Below are positions 1 through 9,011 of a stretch of DNA of 64,000 nucleotides, in pieces. Origin of the DNA: Chloroflexota bacterium (GTDB taxonomy: Bacteria; Chloroflexota; Anaerolineae; UBA1429); assembly GCA_012719135.1 (NCBI GenBank), contig JAAYAW010000085.1:2067-66066 (forward strand), given 5' to 3'. Positions within the stretch are counted from its first letter, which is position 1. The number at the start of each line of letters is the position of its first letter. The notes under the pieces are model-generated. The model was not told the DNA's origin. It searched no databases and saw nothing but the letters and a program-made list of their open reading frames with translations. Both the position numbers and the translations under genes were made by a program.

Positions 1-308
1 TGCATCGTGGCGCGATCGGCCCTTGCCTGGTCACGTTGGCCGATGTAGCGTGACACGAGGGCCATCCCCCCGGTGGAGAGCCCCATCATCGGTGAGATGA
101 GAACGACCCGCAGGGTCGTCGCCATCACCACCGACGCGACAGACATGCCGCCCACCAGCCCCATCCAGTACATGTCGGCGAGGCGCACGATGTTCATGGA
201 GGCTTGCTCGACAACGGAGGGTATCGCCAGGGCGAGAGTCTGCCGGGGTACGGATCCTTCTGTCAGTTCGCGAACAGCGGGGGACGAGAGCGGATTGGCC
301 GGTGGCAT
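1..308 (-). CDS. MATE family efflux transporter (N-terminal part; gene continues beyond window start)
   Basis: Minus-strand translation from ATG (comp. 306-308): MPPANPLSSPAVRELTEGSVPRQTLALAIPSVVEQASMNIVRLADMYWMGLVGG...GMALVSRYIGQRDQARA. This is the typical NorM/DinF N-terminus with the VSRYIGQ motif. Not in the ORF track because it is truncated at the window edge. The +strand ORF 73..330 is its antisense shadow. Confidence 0.75.
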   Translation of the reverse strand, partial: MPPANPLSSPAVRELTEGSVPRQTLALAIPSVVEQASMNIVRLADMYWMGLVGGMSVASVVMATTLRVVLISPMMGLSTGGMALVSRYIGQRDQARADRATM

Positions 309-378
309 AGGTGCTCCTCTTTGTGATTAGGGCATTCTACTCCCTCTCCCGTCGAGCGCAAGCCGTGGGGTGGACCGC

Positions 379-406
379 TTTGCTCAGCGTCCTTCTCGGG
401 TATAAT
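379..406 (+). promoter_or_regulatory. putative sigma70-type promoter (TTGCTC-15/16-TATAAT) upstream of the deacetylase gene
   Basis: tataat at 401-406 with a TTGCTC/TTTGCT -35-like hexamer 15-16 nt upstream. Lies in the 136-nt divergent intergenic region between the MATE gene and the 445 CDS. Confidence 0.35.
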
Positions 407-444
407 CGGCTCATGGCAGCTGCCCGTAACCTGGGGGCAACTCG

Positions 445-1479
445 ATGAGCGTTGGCTATGTCTACGATCCGATCTATCTCGAACACGTCACCGGGAATCA
501 TCCCGAGAGCCCCGCGCGTCTGGTGGCCATCATGGAGCACCTGCAGCGGACTGGGCTCTTGGCTGAGATGGTTCAGATACCGGCTATGGCCGCCACGCTC
601 AGGGATCTGAACCGTGCTCACTCCCGGCGAATGATCGACCTGGTGGAGAATCTGTCCGGGCGCGGGGGCGGTCGCATAGATCTGGATACGCTCGTAAGCC
701 GCCGATCCTACGAGGCTGCGCTCTACGCCGCCGGCGGCACGATCGCCGCCGCTCACGCCTGTCTCGACGGTCAGATGGAATCGGCTTTTGCGCTCGTGCG
801 GCCCCCCGGCCATCATGCCACGCCCCGGCAGTCCATGGGCTTTTGCCTGTTCAACAACGTTGCGGTGGCGGCCCAGTGGGCACGGCAGGTGGCCGGACTG
901 CAGCGCGTGTGCATTGTGGATTTTGACGTGCACCATGGCAATGGAACCGATGACCTGTTTGATGCTGATCGCTCTGTGCTGTACGTCTCGCTGCACCAGT
1001 ACCCGCTCTATCCTGGAACGGGTGATTGGCGCCGCCCTACGCACGTTCGGGGACCGCATAACAACCTGAACATCCCACTCCCGGCGGATACGGGTGACTC
1101 CGGCTACTGCCGTGCCTTTGACCTGCTGGTGAAGCCTGCCGTGAGACGTTTCCGGCCAGAGATGATCCTGGTATCGGCGGGCTACGATGCCCATTGGCTT
1201 GATCCGCTGGCAGGCCTGTGCCTGTCGCTGGCGACCTTTCGGCATCTGACAGAGGCACTGATGGAGATGAGCCGCGAGTTCTGTCCGGGGTGCCTCGTAT
1301 TCGTCCTGGAGGGCGGTTACGACCTTGATGTGCTGTCGCATGGCGTGGGGATGACGATCGCCACCCTTCTTGGGCGGGACTATGTAGATCCCTTCGGGGC
1401 GAGCCCGCGCCCTGAGGCCAGCATCGATGCCCTGATCCAGCGCCAGGCAGCATGGCACGAGATCGACATTCCTGACTAG
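445..1479 (+). CDS. histone deacetylase family protein (AcuC/acetoin utilisation / acetylpolyamine amidohydrolase-like)
   Basis: 344 aa; Arginase/deacetylase-superfamily motifs: RPPGHHA, FCLFNNVAVAA, VDFDVHHGNGT, SAGYDAH, EGGY. GGGGG RBS upstream of the ATG. Confidence 0.9.
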   Translation: MSVGYVYDPIYLEHVTGNHPESPARLVAIMEHLQRTGLLAEMVQIPAMAATLRDLNRAHSRRMIDLVENLSGRGGGRIDLDTLVSRRSYEAALYAAGGTIAAAHACLDGQMESAFALVRPPGHHATPRQSMGFCLFNNVAVAAQWARQVAGLQRVCIVDFDVHHGNGTDDLFDADRSVLYVSLHQYPLYPGTGDWRRPTHVRGPHNNLNIPLPADTGDSGYCRAFDLLVKPAVRRFRPEMILVSAGYDAHWLDPLAGLCLSLATFRHLTEALMEMSREFCPGCLVFVLEGGYDLDVLSHGVGMTIATLLGRDYVDPFGASPRPEASIDALIQRQAAWHEIDIPD

Positions 1480-1527
1480 ATCATGCAACTGAACCTCTGG
1501 GACCGAGCCGTAAACAAAGGAGAAGAG

Positions 1528-2514
1528 ATGCCGCGAATACCGATAGAGTCGCTGCAGCCCGGCGCTTCCGTGAGCAAGCAGGTGTTCCTTTTGAGGGACA
1601 AATCGCTGAGCCCCACACGTTCTGGCGTAAGCCTCATGCGCCTGGTCCTGGGCGACCGCTCCGGGTCTATCCCCGGCATCATGTTTGACGCTCCAGCGAA
1701 CTGGTTTCAGCAACTGGAGGTGGGACAGGGCGTGGAGGTGACCGGCAAGATCGAGGAGTACCGGGATACGCTGCAAATCCGGCTGGATCGGGTTACTCGC
1801 ACATCGATTGAGGACCTGGGGGAGTTCCTCCCCGGTGCCAGCAGGCCGATACCGGCCATGCAACGTGAACTGGACCAGGTGATCGCGTCGGTCCAGCACC
1901 CCGATCTGAGCCGGCTGCTCCTCGCGATACTGGGCCAGGGCAGTGAACTGCGAGGCGCCTTCTGCGAGGCTCCCGCAGCCAAGACGCTGCACCATGCCTG
2001 CCGCGGAGGTCTGCTCGAGCATACTCTCAGCGTCGTCAGCCTCGCCAACGCACCGTTCGAGGAGCGCACGCCTTCCACCCTGGAAGACGGAGGGCAAAGC
2101 CTCATGCGCGATCTCGCCATCACGCTGGGACTGCTTCACGATCTGGGCAAGGTGCGCGCCTATGACCGGACGACCTTTGAGCTGACAGACGAAGGTGCTC
2201 TCTTTGGGCACCTGTATATGAGCGCCTCTCTGGTGGAGGCCGCCATCGCGCTGTTGCCCGGCTTTGATCCTAATCTACGGCTTCGCGTCATCCACGGGAT
2301 CCTGGCGCACCACGGGACGCTCGAGCACGGCTCTCCGGTGGTGCCGATGACGCGCGAGGCGATTGCCGTTCACCACGCGGATGCCATGGATGCTGATCTG
2401 CAGGGGGCCACCGAGGTCATGGCGCGCCCGGATGCCCAGACCGGCGCATACACGGCCTACAGCCCCATGCACGAGACGCGTCTGTACCGCGGATTCGGCG
2501 ACGAGGTCATCTAG
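1528..2514 (+). CDS. yhaM: 3'-5' exoribonuclease YhaM-like (OB-fold + HD domain)
   Basis: N-terminal OB-fold (VLGDRSGSIPGIMFD...EVTGKIEEYRD) followed by an HD phosphohydrolase domain (HTLSVVSLAN...LLHDLGKV...HGILAHHG). Start moved to the ATG at 1528 (MPRIPIE), which is preceded by AAAGGAGAAG; the ORF track begins earlier at 1483. Confidence 0.8.
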   Translation: MPRIPIESLQPGASVSKQVFLLRDKSLSPTRSGVSLMRLVLGDRSGSIPGIMFDAPANWFQQLEVGQGVEVTGKIEEYRDTLQIRLDRVTRTSIEDLGEFLPGASRPIPAMQRELDQVIASVQHPDLSRLLLAILGQGSELRGAFCEAPAAKTLHHACRGGLLEHTLSVVSLANAPFEERTPSTLEDGGQSLMRDLAITLGLLHDLGKVRAYDRTTFELTDEGALFGHLYMSASLVEAAIALLPGFDPNLRLRVIHGILAHHGTLEHGSPVVPMTREAIAVHHADAMDADLQGATEVMARPDAQTGAYTAYSPMHETRLYRGFGDEVI

Positions 2515-2522
2515 GGCGCAGG

Positions 2523-3227
2523 CTAGATGACGCGCCCGCCATAGACCGGTATCGCCGCGCCATTGACGGCCTCTCCCGTGGGCCCGCAGAGCATCAGCAT
2601 CACCCGTGCAAGATCTTCCGCGGCGACTCGATCCCGCGCTTCGTCCGCGGATCTCTCCGCGACGATCGTGCTGGGGAGGATGACGTTGGCGCGGATTCCC
2701 TGTGCGCCATAGTCCACCGCGATCGAGCGCGTCAGGGCCACCAGGCCCGCCTTGGATACATTGTAGGGCGCCTGCCCCCCTCCGAGGCGCTCCACCGCGC
2801 GTGACCCGATGTGTATGATCCGGCCCCCGCCCTGGGCGATCATGGGCGGTATGACGGCACGGCTGATGTTGAATGCGGTGTGTAGGTTGGTCGCGATCAT
2901 CGCGTGCCAGACTTCATCGCTCAGGTCGGCCAGCTTTACGCCCCCGCCCCAGGTGCCCACCAGATTCAGCAGGCAGTCCACGCGGCCCCAGCGGTCGGTG
3001 ATCGCCCGAACGGCGTCCCCGGCTTCCTGAGGCCGAGAGAGGTCGGCCTGGCAACAGATCGCTTCGTCATCGGTGAGCCCCAGCCTGTCCATCAGGGCGC
3101 GCAACGGCTCCAACCGGCGCGCGAGGAGGCCCAGTCTTGCCCCCTCATCCCTAAAGGTCCGTGTCACCGCCTCTCCAAGCGTGCCACTCGCTCCGGCTAT
3201 CAGGACGATCTGCTCGGCAACCATCAT
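2523..3227 (-). CDS. short-chain dehydrogenase/reductase (SDR) family oxidoreductase
   Basis: 234 aa; glycine-rich NAD(P)-binding motif IAGASGTLGEA and the catalytic YxxxK (YNVSK) typical of classical SDRs. Confidence 0.85.
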   Translation of the reverse strand: MMVAEQIVLIAGASGTLGEAVTRTFRDEGARLGLLARRLEPLRALMDRLGLTDDEAICCQADLSRPQEAGDAVRAITDRWGRVDCLLNLVGTWGGGVKLADLSDEVWHAMIATNLHTAFNISRAVIPPMIAQGGGRIIHIGSRAVERLGGGQAPYNVSKAGLVALTRSIAVDYGAQGIRANVILPSTIVAERSADEARDRVAAEDLARVMLMLCGPTGEAVNGAAIPVYGGRVI

Positions 3228-3229
3228 CG

Positions 3230-4045
3230 TTAGCCTCCTGTCTTCTCCGCCTGACGTATGCAGCGGTCGATCCAGAGCACGATCTCATCACGGCTGCACC
3301 TGGGGGCGCCGTGCAGGGCGGTGCTGTCCAGCAGCCAGGTTGCGTTCTCTCCGGCGGAGCGCAGCAGAGCTTCCGAGGCTGCTCTTGGCACGATGGTATC
3401 GCGACCGCAGTGGACGATGAGCAACGGGCAAGCGGCGCGGTCGCCGATGACATCGATCGGCCAGCGCCCATGGTCGATGCGCGCCGATAGCCGGGCTCCC
3501 AGCAGCCGAGCGATGGGCCTGAGGGCCCCCGGCCGCCAGGTTCGGGCGGGCATCCAGGGAGGGCCGGCCGGGCACGATAGGCTGACGACACCATCCAGCC
3601 GAGCGCCCTGAGCGGCGGCGAAGATGGTTGCCGCTGCCCCGAGCGATACGCCAACGCCCAGCACGTGGGCGTAGCCGAGGTGGCGAGCCTCGGCCACGAG
3701 CTCCGAGAAGCATCGGCCTGCTCGGGACCAGTCTAGCGGTGCGACGCCGGTGCTCTGGCCGTGTCCCGGCTGATCGTAGGCGATCAGGTCCCAGTGTGGG
3801 AGCAGGATGTCGGCCAGTCCTAGCAGCTTGTGATCGTCCTTGCGCTTGAGCAGGCCGTGAGAGAGTATCACGACGCTTTTCCGCCCGCGATCTACGTGCC
3901 AGTATGAGATGCGTTCGCCGTCACCCAGAGCGAGCTCTCTCACCTGGGCATCTTGAGGAAGCTTGCCCCGGCCGAGCCACACATAGCGTGCGAGCACCCA
4001 GGCCAGCAGTCCCATGGCGCTCAGAAGATACAGAGGTTTCTTCAT
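3230..4045 (-). CDS. alpha/beta hydrolase fold protein
   Basis: 271 aa; signal-anchor-like N-terminus, HG oxyanion motif (ILSHGLL), nucleophile elbow GVGVSLGAA. 3-nt gap to the SDR gene downstream, so likely co-transcribed. Confidence 0.75.
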   Translation of the reverse strand: MKKPLYLLSAMGLLAWVLARYVWLGRGKLPQDAQVRELALGDGERISYWHVDRGRKSVVILSHGLLKRKDDHKLLGLADILLPHWDLIAYDQPGHGQSTGVAPLDWSRAGRCFSELVAEARHLGYAHVLGVGVSLGAAATIFAAAQGARLDGVVSLSCPAGPPWMPARTWRPGALRPIARLLGARLSARIDHGRWPIDVIGDRAACPLLIVHCGRDTIVPRAASEALLRSAGENATWLLDSTALHGAPRCSRDEIVLWIDRCIRQAEKTGG

Positions 4046-4109
4046 GGCGCCATTCTAGCGCCCGCACCATGTCTGGCAAGCCCGCCTCCAGGCATCACAG
4101 GCGGCAGCT

Positions 4110-4138
4110 TTGACGGTGGGCATCCCCGAGCGTAGAAT
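4110..4138 (+). promoter_or_regulatory. putative sigma70-type promoter TTGACG-17-TAGAAT for the DUF362 gene
   Basis: ttgacg (4110-4115), 17-nt spacer, tagaat (4133-4138), about 45 nt upstream of the ATG at 4186. In the divergent intergenic region. Confidence 0.5.
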
Positions 4139-4185
4139 CTGACCATTCTGCTTGACGAGTACCAATGAGACAGGGGGTGGCCTGC

Positions 4186-5292
4186 ATGACCACACGTGCA
4201 CGCGTTGCCGTGCTCAAGACCCAGCCTGAAAGCGTGCTGGCCGATTACGACCGGCTGCTTGGTTTGGCCCAGGTGGAACGCTATCTTCCTCTCGATAGTA
4301 CCGTGATTCTCAAGGATAACATCTCGTGGCACTACCCGTTCCCCAGCGCAAACACCACGCCCTGGCAGCTTGAGGGCACGGTTCTTGCGCTGCAACGCCG
4401 GGGCTATGGACAGCAGGTGTGCGTGCAGAACAAGACGGTGGTCACCAACGCCTTCAAGGGCGAGGACCTGAACAACTATGTGCCGATCTTTAGGCGGTAC
4501 AACATCCCCGTCCTCTACAACTTTAAGGACTCGGACATAAAGTGGAAGGTGTATGAGCCCAGAGCACGGATGAACGCACTGGATCGCGTCTACCCGGAAG
4601 GGATCCTCATGCCCGAGTACTTTAAGGGCAAGAGCATCGTGCACCTCCCCACGGTCAAGTGCCACATCTATACCACAACCACTGGCGCGATGAAGAACGC
4701 CTTCGGCGGCCTCCTGAACACCAAGCGGCACTATACGCATTCCTGGATTCACGAGACACTGGTGGATCTGCTGGCGATCCAGAGGGAGATTCACTCGGGG
4801 ATCTTTGCGGTGATGGATGGCACAACGGCAGGGAACGGAACTGGCCCGAGGGTGATGAAGCCCGTGGTGAAGAACGTGATTCTCGCCAGCGGCGATCAGG
4901 TGGCCATTGACGCGATCGCTGCCAAGCTGATGGGCTTTGATCCAATGTCGATCGGATACATCCGGCTGGCGCACGAACAGGGCTTGGGGGTGGGCGATCC
5001 GCGAGAGATCGAGGTGGTTGGCGACGATATCGCCGGTGAGAGCTGGGGTTTCAGCGTGGGCGTCAATCTGCACCGGGCCCTGGGATGGCTCTCCTGGTAC
5101 GGGCCCACCAAGGTTCTCCAGAGGCTGCTCTTTCACACGCCGCTCGTGCATGCCATGAGCTTTGTTTCGGAAGCCTACCATGACTACTTCCGCTGGCCTC
5201 TGCACGAGCGACACGTCTATGAACAGTGGCGCCAGGCGACGCCCTGGGGGCAGCTCTTTGATCGCTATCTAGCGGAGGGGCACCTGCGTTAG
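4186..5292 (+). CDS. DUF362 domain-containing protein (putative Fe-S/redox-associated)
   Basis: About 368 aa matching the conserved DUF362 core: LPTVKCHIYTTTTGAMKNAFGGLLNTKRHYTHSWIHETLVDLLAIQ. Start chosen at ATG 4186 after AGGGGGTGG; the track ORF starts at the GTG at 4165. Confidence 0.7.
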   Translation: MTTRARVAVLKTQPESVLADYDRLLGLAQVERYLPLDSTVILKDNISWHYPFPSANTTPWQLEGTVLALQRRGYGQQVCVQNKTVVTNAFKGEDLNNYVPIFRRYNIPVLYNFKDSDIKWKVYEPRARMNALDRVYPEGILMPEYFKGKSIVHLPTVKCHIYTTTTGAMKNAFGGLLNTKRHYTHSWIHETLVDLLAIQREIHSGIFAVMDGTTAGNGTGPRVMKPVVKNVILASGDQVAIDAIAAKLMGFDPMSIGYIRLAHEQGLGVGDPREIEVVGDDIAGESWGFSVGVNLHRALGWLSWYGPTKVLQRLLFHTPLVHAMSFVSEAYHDYFRWPLHERHVYEQWRQATPWGQLFDRYLAEGHLR

Positions 5293-5324
5293 CCTGCCGG
5301 CGCTGGAGCTGCGAGGAAAGCAAC

Positions 5325-5351
5325 GGGCCTCAGGGTTTACCCCTGAGGCCC
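5325..5351. terminator. GC-rich hairpin (11-bp perfect stem GGGCCTCAGGG/CCCTGAGGCCC) between convergent DUF362 and pyrG
   Basis: Perfect inverted repeat with a 5-nt loop located between two convergent stop codons (5292 and 5361). T-rich tract only on the minus side. Likely a bidirectional intrinsic terminator. Confidence 0.45.
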
Positions 5352-5360
5352 GACCTGTTA

Positions 5361-6968
5361 TCAGCCTTTGCTGGATCGGCCGATAGCGGCCCTGATGAAC
5401 TCGCGAAAGAGCGGATGCGGGCGATCCGGGCGCGTCTTGAACTCCGGATGGAACTGGCAGCCAACCATCCACGGGTGATCGCCGACCTCGCCCATCTCTA
5501 CGAGCATGTCGTCGGGCGAAACTCCACTCCAAACCAACCCCGCCTCGCGCAGTTGCTCGCGGTAATCGTTGTTGATCTCCCAGCGGTGGCGATGGCGCTC
5601 GTCTACCTGACCGGCATCGTAAGCAGACTGCGCCAGCGTGCCGCTCTGGAGCACGCAGGGATACCGCCCGAGCCGCATCGTTCCGCCCTTGTCTGCGATT
5701 CCCCGCTGTTGCAGCATGAGATCGACCACCGGATGCGGTGTGCTCTCGTCCATCTCGGTGCTGTTCGCTCCCTCCAGCCCCAGCACATTCCGGGCGTAGT
5801 CAATGACCATGACCTGAAGACCCAGGCACAGCCCAAGATAGGGCACGCGGTTCTCCCGCGCGTAGCGGGCCACGGCGATCATCCCTTCGACTCCCCGTGG
5901 CCCAAAGCCGCCGGGCACGATGATCCCGTCTGCCAGAGCCACGGACTCTGAAATGGCGCCGTGCTCCAGATCCTCAGAGTTCACCCAGTCAATGGATACG
6001 CGCTTGCCGTGCGCGGCGGCGGCGTGCACCAGCGCCTCCGCGACGCTCAAGTACGCATCATGCAGGCCCACGTATTTCCCGACCAGCGCTACGCGCACCT
6101 CCCCTTGGGGATTGAGCAGCCGGGACACCACGTCTCGCCAGCCGTTTAGCTGGGGCTCGGCGGCGTCGAGCTTGAGCCTCTCGACGAGATAGTCGCCCAG
6201 ACCGTACTCCTCCAGCGTGATCGGAACTTGATAGATCGTGCGGGTGGTCTCCAGAGGAATCACCGCTTTGCGATCTACGGCACCAAAGAGGGCGATTTTG
6301 TCGAGGAGGTCGTCGCCGATTGGATAGTCGGCGCGGCACAGGAGCACGTCCGGGCTGATGCCGATGCTGCGGAGCTCTGCAACGCTGTGTTGCGTCGGTT
6401 TGGTCTTGAGTTCGTCGGTGGCTCCGATGTGAGGCAGAAGCGTGATATGAACGTAGCAGCAGTTGTCGCCGCCCACGTCTCGACGCATTTGGCGGATCGC
6501 CTCCAGGAATGGCAGGCTCTCGATGTCGCCCACGGTGCCACCGATCTCAACAATGGCGACATCGGCGTTGCTTTCCTCTGCCGACGACCGTATGTGATGC
6601 TTGATCTCGTCAGTGATGTGGGGAATAACCTGGACGGTGCCACCGAGAAAGTCGCCATGGCGCTCGCGGGCGATCACTTCGGCATAGATGCGCCCGCTGG
6701 TCACATTGGCATGACGCCCGAGTTGCACATCGGTGAAGCGTTCATAGTGGCCGAGATCCAGGTCCGTCTCGGTGCCATCCTCCAGCACGTACACTTCGCC
6801 ATGCTGAAGGGGGGACATGGTGCCGGGGTCAAAGTTGATGTAGGGATCCAGTTTTTGCAGCGTGACACGCACGCCGCGGGACTTTAGGATCCGGCCGATC
6901 GAGGCTGCGGCCACGCCCTTGCCGACTGAAGAGACGACGCCACCGGTCACAAAAACAAAGCGGGTCAT
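5361..6968 (-). CDS. pyrG: CTP synthase
   Basis: Strong match throughout: N-terminal MTRFVFVTGGVVSSVGKG..., synthetase domain, and C-terminal glutamine amidotransferase (GLCLGLQ...HRHRWE). The track ORF extends 57 codons upstream to a GTG. The conserved start MTRFVFV is at track-derived coordinate 6968. Confidence 0.95.
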   Translation of the reverse strand: MTRFVFVTGGVVSSVGKGVAAASIGRILKSRGVRVTLQKLDPYINFDPGTMSPLQHGEVYVLEDGTETDLDLGHYERFTDVQLGRHANVTSGRIYAEVIARERHGDFLGGTVQVIPHITDEIKHHIRSSAEESNADVAIVEIGGTVGDIESLPFLEAIRQMRRDVGGDNCCYVHITLLPHIGATDELKTKPTQHSVAELRSIGISPDVLLCRADYPIGDDLLDKIALFGAVDRKAVIPLETTRTIYQVPITLEEYGLGDYLVERLKLDAAEPQLNGWRDVVSRLLNPQGEVRVALVGKYVGLHDAYLSVAEALVHAAAAHGKRVSIDWVNSEDLEHGAISESVALADGIIVPGGFGPRGVEGMIAVARYARENRVPYLGLCLGLQVMVIDYARNVLGLEGANSTEMDESTPHPVVDLMLQQRGIADKGGTMRLGRYPCVLQSGTLAQSAYDAGQVDERHRHRWEINNDYREQLREAGLVWSGVSPDDMLVEMGEVGDHPWMVGCQFHPEFKTRPDRPHPLFREFIRAAIGRSSKG

Positions 6969-7100
6969 GCATGCCCTCCGTGCTGGTGTGGGGCGTGCTG
7001 CCCGGGAAGTCATTCTAGTCCCGGCCGCCCCTCGCTCCAAATCACCTCCGAATCGCAGTCTCCCGGCGTGCGCAGAGAGAGCCCGGCGACGACCTGCCCC

Positions 7101-7131
7101 GTTGACACGCTCGCACGGCTGCTCGTATACT
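7101..7131 (+). promoter_or_regulatory. putative promoter TTGACA-18-TATACT upstream of the MFS gene
   Basis: ccgTTGACAcgctcgcacggctgctcgTATACTcgcc about 30 nt upstream of the 7160 start codon. Coordinates are +/-1. Confidence 0.45.
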
Positions 7132-7159
7132 CGCCGCACTTGAGGGGAGACGATGCTCC

Positions 7160-8419
7160 ATGTCCGACCAACACCCTTGGATACGCCGTAACCTGGTTCT
7201 CCTGACGATCGACTTTGTGTCTTTCTCGGTGGGTTTCACCTTCTTCGACCCGCTCGTCATCCTGCCGGCGTTCACGCGGCTCCTCACCGGCTCTGAGTTG
7301 TTGGTGGGTGCCCTCGCGGCACTCCGGATCGTGTTCATTACACTGCCCCAGGTGTTCGCCGCATCCGTTCTGGCCGCCAGTCCCAAGAAGCAACCGCTCC
7401 TCGTGTGGTCAAGCGCCGGTGGCAGGCTCCCCGTTGTCATTATGGCGTTGGTCACGCTCTTGTTCGGATCCCGATTTCCCTGGCTGGTCGTGGGTGTGAT
7501 GCTTCTCGCCGTGGCTTTGTTCAACACGTCGGAAGGGCTTAACTCGATCACCTGGCCCGACATCGTGGGCAAGCTGCTGCCGGCCCGCATACGGGGGCGC
7601 TTTCTGGGCACCGGGCAGTTGCTCTCATCGTTAGGCGCGCTGGCGGCCGGTTACCTGGTTCAACGGATCCTCGCATTGGAGGAACTGCCCTTTCCGCGGA
7701 GCTGGGCCCTGTTGTTCGGCTGCGCATCGATCGGCCTCTTTGGCTCCGTCCTGGCGTGCTCCCTGCTGCGCGAGCGCCCCGGCGCAACCGCCTCCGCTCA
7801 TGTTGATGTGCGGCGCAGCATCGCCTCGCTCGGCAGGTATCTGCGCGCGGATGCGCGGCTGCGGCGTGTTGTCATTGTCGAGATTCTGTTGGGCATCGCC
7901 AGTTCGGTCTTTACCTTCTTTGTACTGAGGGCGCAAGACCTGGTCCCCCAGGCACAGAGCGCGCTCGGTACCTACCTCATCGTACAGAACCTGGGCGGCA
8001 TGCTCGCGGCCGCGATATGCGGCAACATCGTGGATCACGTGGGCAGCTGGGCGGCCGTGCGCGTCACAACCGTGATGGAGACGCTCACTCTGGCCCTCGT
8101 CACCTTTGCGCCTCTTCTGGGCGCGACCTACCTGGTGTACCTCGGCGCCTTTGCGTTGCTCGGTTTCGTAACGGGCAGTTCATGGTGGACCTTTACCGCC
8201 TACCTCATGGACATCGCCGATGAGGAGCACCGCCCGTCGTATCTCGCCGCCAGCGGTGTGCTCAAGGCCCCGCTGTTTGTGGCCTCGCTGCTCGCCGGCG
8301 TCGGCTACCGTGCTGCCACGCCTGAAGTGCTCTTTGGCCTGGCGCTGCTCTTTTCAATTGCGGCGCTGGCCGTGAGCCTGACTCTGACGCGCATGCGCGC
8401 TGGCGTACCCGTCGAATGA
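7160..8419 (+). CDS. MFS transporter
   Basis: 419 aa, about 12 predicted hydrophobic helices, typical MFS loop 2-3 motif region. Divergent from pyrG. Confidence 0.8.
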   Translation: MSDQHPWIRRNLVLLTIDFVSFSVGFTFFDPLVILPAFTRLLTGSELLVGALAALRIVFITLPQVFAASVLAASPKKQPLLVWSSAGGRLPVVIMALVTLLFGSRFPWLVVGVMLLAVALFNTSEGLNSITWPDIVGKLLPARIRGRFLGTGQLLSSLGALAAGYLVQRILALEELPFPRSWALLFGCASIGLFGSVLACSLLRERPGATASAHVDVRRSIASLGRYLRADARLRRVVIVEILLGIASSVFTFFVLRAQDLVPQAQSALGTYLIVQNLGGMLAAAICGNIVDHVGSWAAVRVTTVMETLTLALVTFAPLLGATYLVYLGAFALLGFVTGSSWWTFTAYLMDIADEEHRPSYLAASGVLKAPLFVASLLAGVGYRAATPEVLFGLALLFSIAALAVSLTLTRMRAGVPVE

Positions 8420-8547
8420 TCGCGGTGCAGCCCTTATACGGCCGGAGGATAACACAAGGCATGGCGAAGTGCCATCGCCTCATGGCCCAAATGTCGATCC
8501 TGTAGCCGGTGGGTTCCACCCGGCCAGGGCACATGGAGTGAGACAAG

Positions 8548-8925
8548 TTGCTCAAGGATACGTATCTCCGATGTCGAACCTGCGGAAACAGCTTCCTGGT
8601 CACGAGCGCGCAACGACAGCTGCTGGCCGCGCGGTCAGCGCCCTTGCCCGAACGGTGTCCTGCCTGCTCGGCGCTGGAGGGTCTGGCGGAAAGGCACACC
8701 GGTCGGCTGGTGCGGTATGACCGGAGCCGCGGGTTTGGCTTTATCCAGGATGATGCAGGCGGATCTGTGTTCGTACATGCCTCTGCCCTGGGTCTCCGGC
8801 GCGGCGCTCGTCCCCCCGTGGGCAGCCCTCTCACGTATTATGTCGAGCATACGGAGCGCGGACTGCGCGCGGTGGCTGTCCGAGTGAGCGATCAGCCGCT
8901 GCTGCCTGGTGCTCCGTCGGATTGA
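8548..8925 (+). CDS. zinc-ribbon + cold-shock domain (CSD) protein
   Basis: 125 aa; N-terminal CxxC...CxxC (CRTCGNSF...CPAC) followed by a cold-shock RNP1-like motif GFGFIQDDAGGSVFVHASAL. TTG start preceded by GGAGTGAG. Confidence 0.7.
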   Translation: MLKDTYLRCRTCGNSFLVTSAQRQLLAARSAPLPERCPACSALEGLAERHTGRLVRYDRSRGFGFIQDDAGGSVFVHASALGLRRGARPPVGSPLTYYVEHTERGLRAVAVRVSDQPLLPGAPSD

Positions 8926-8928
8926 GGG

Positions 8929-8959
8929 TTGGCCGCCTGCGCGTCCCCATGCTATAATC
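8929..8959 (+). promoter_or_regulatory. putative promoter TTGGCC-18-TATAAT upstream of the membrane protein gene
   Basis: gctataatcg with tataat at 8954-8959 and ttggcc at 8929-8934. About 50 nt upstream of the 9012 start. Confidence 0.45.
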
Positions 8960-9011
8960 GCTTGTCGAGCAAGATCCGCGCCTCGGGTGCAGAGTCCAGC
9001 CGGGATAACAC

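Noticed and set aside
73-330. 85-aa plus-strand ORF at window start
   Set aside because: The opposite strand encodes a clear MATE transporter N-terminus (VSRYIGQ motif). The plus ORF is its shadow.
337-2211. 624-aa minus-strand ORF
   Set aside because: Antisense to the well-supported deacetylase and YhaM genes. It has a Pro/Arg/Gly-rich low-complexity translation typical of GC-rich shadow frames.
4042-5214. 390-aa minus-strand ORF
   Set aside because: Antisense to the DUF362 gene and overlapping the promoter region. A shadow ORF.
6969-7139. 57-codon N-terminal extension of pyrG in the ORF track
   Set aside because: The conserved PyrG N-terminus MTRFVFVTGG begins at the downstream ATG. The extension starts at a GTG and is Arg-rich without homology.
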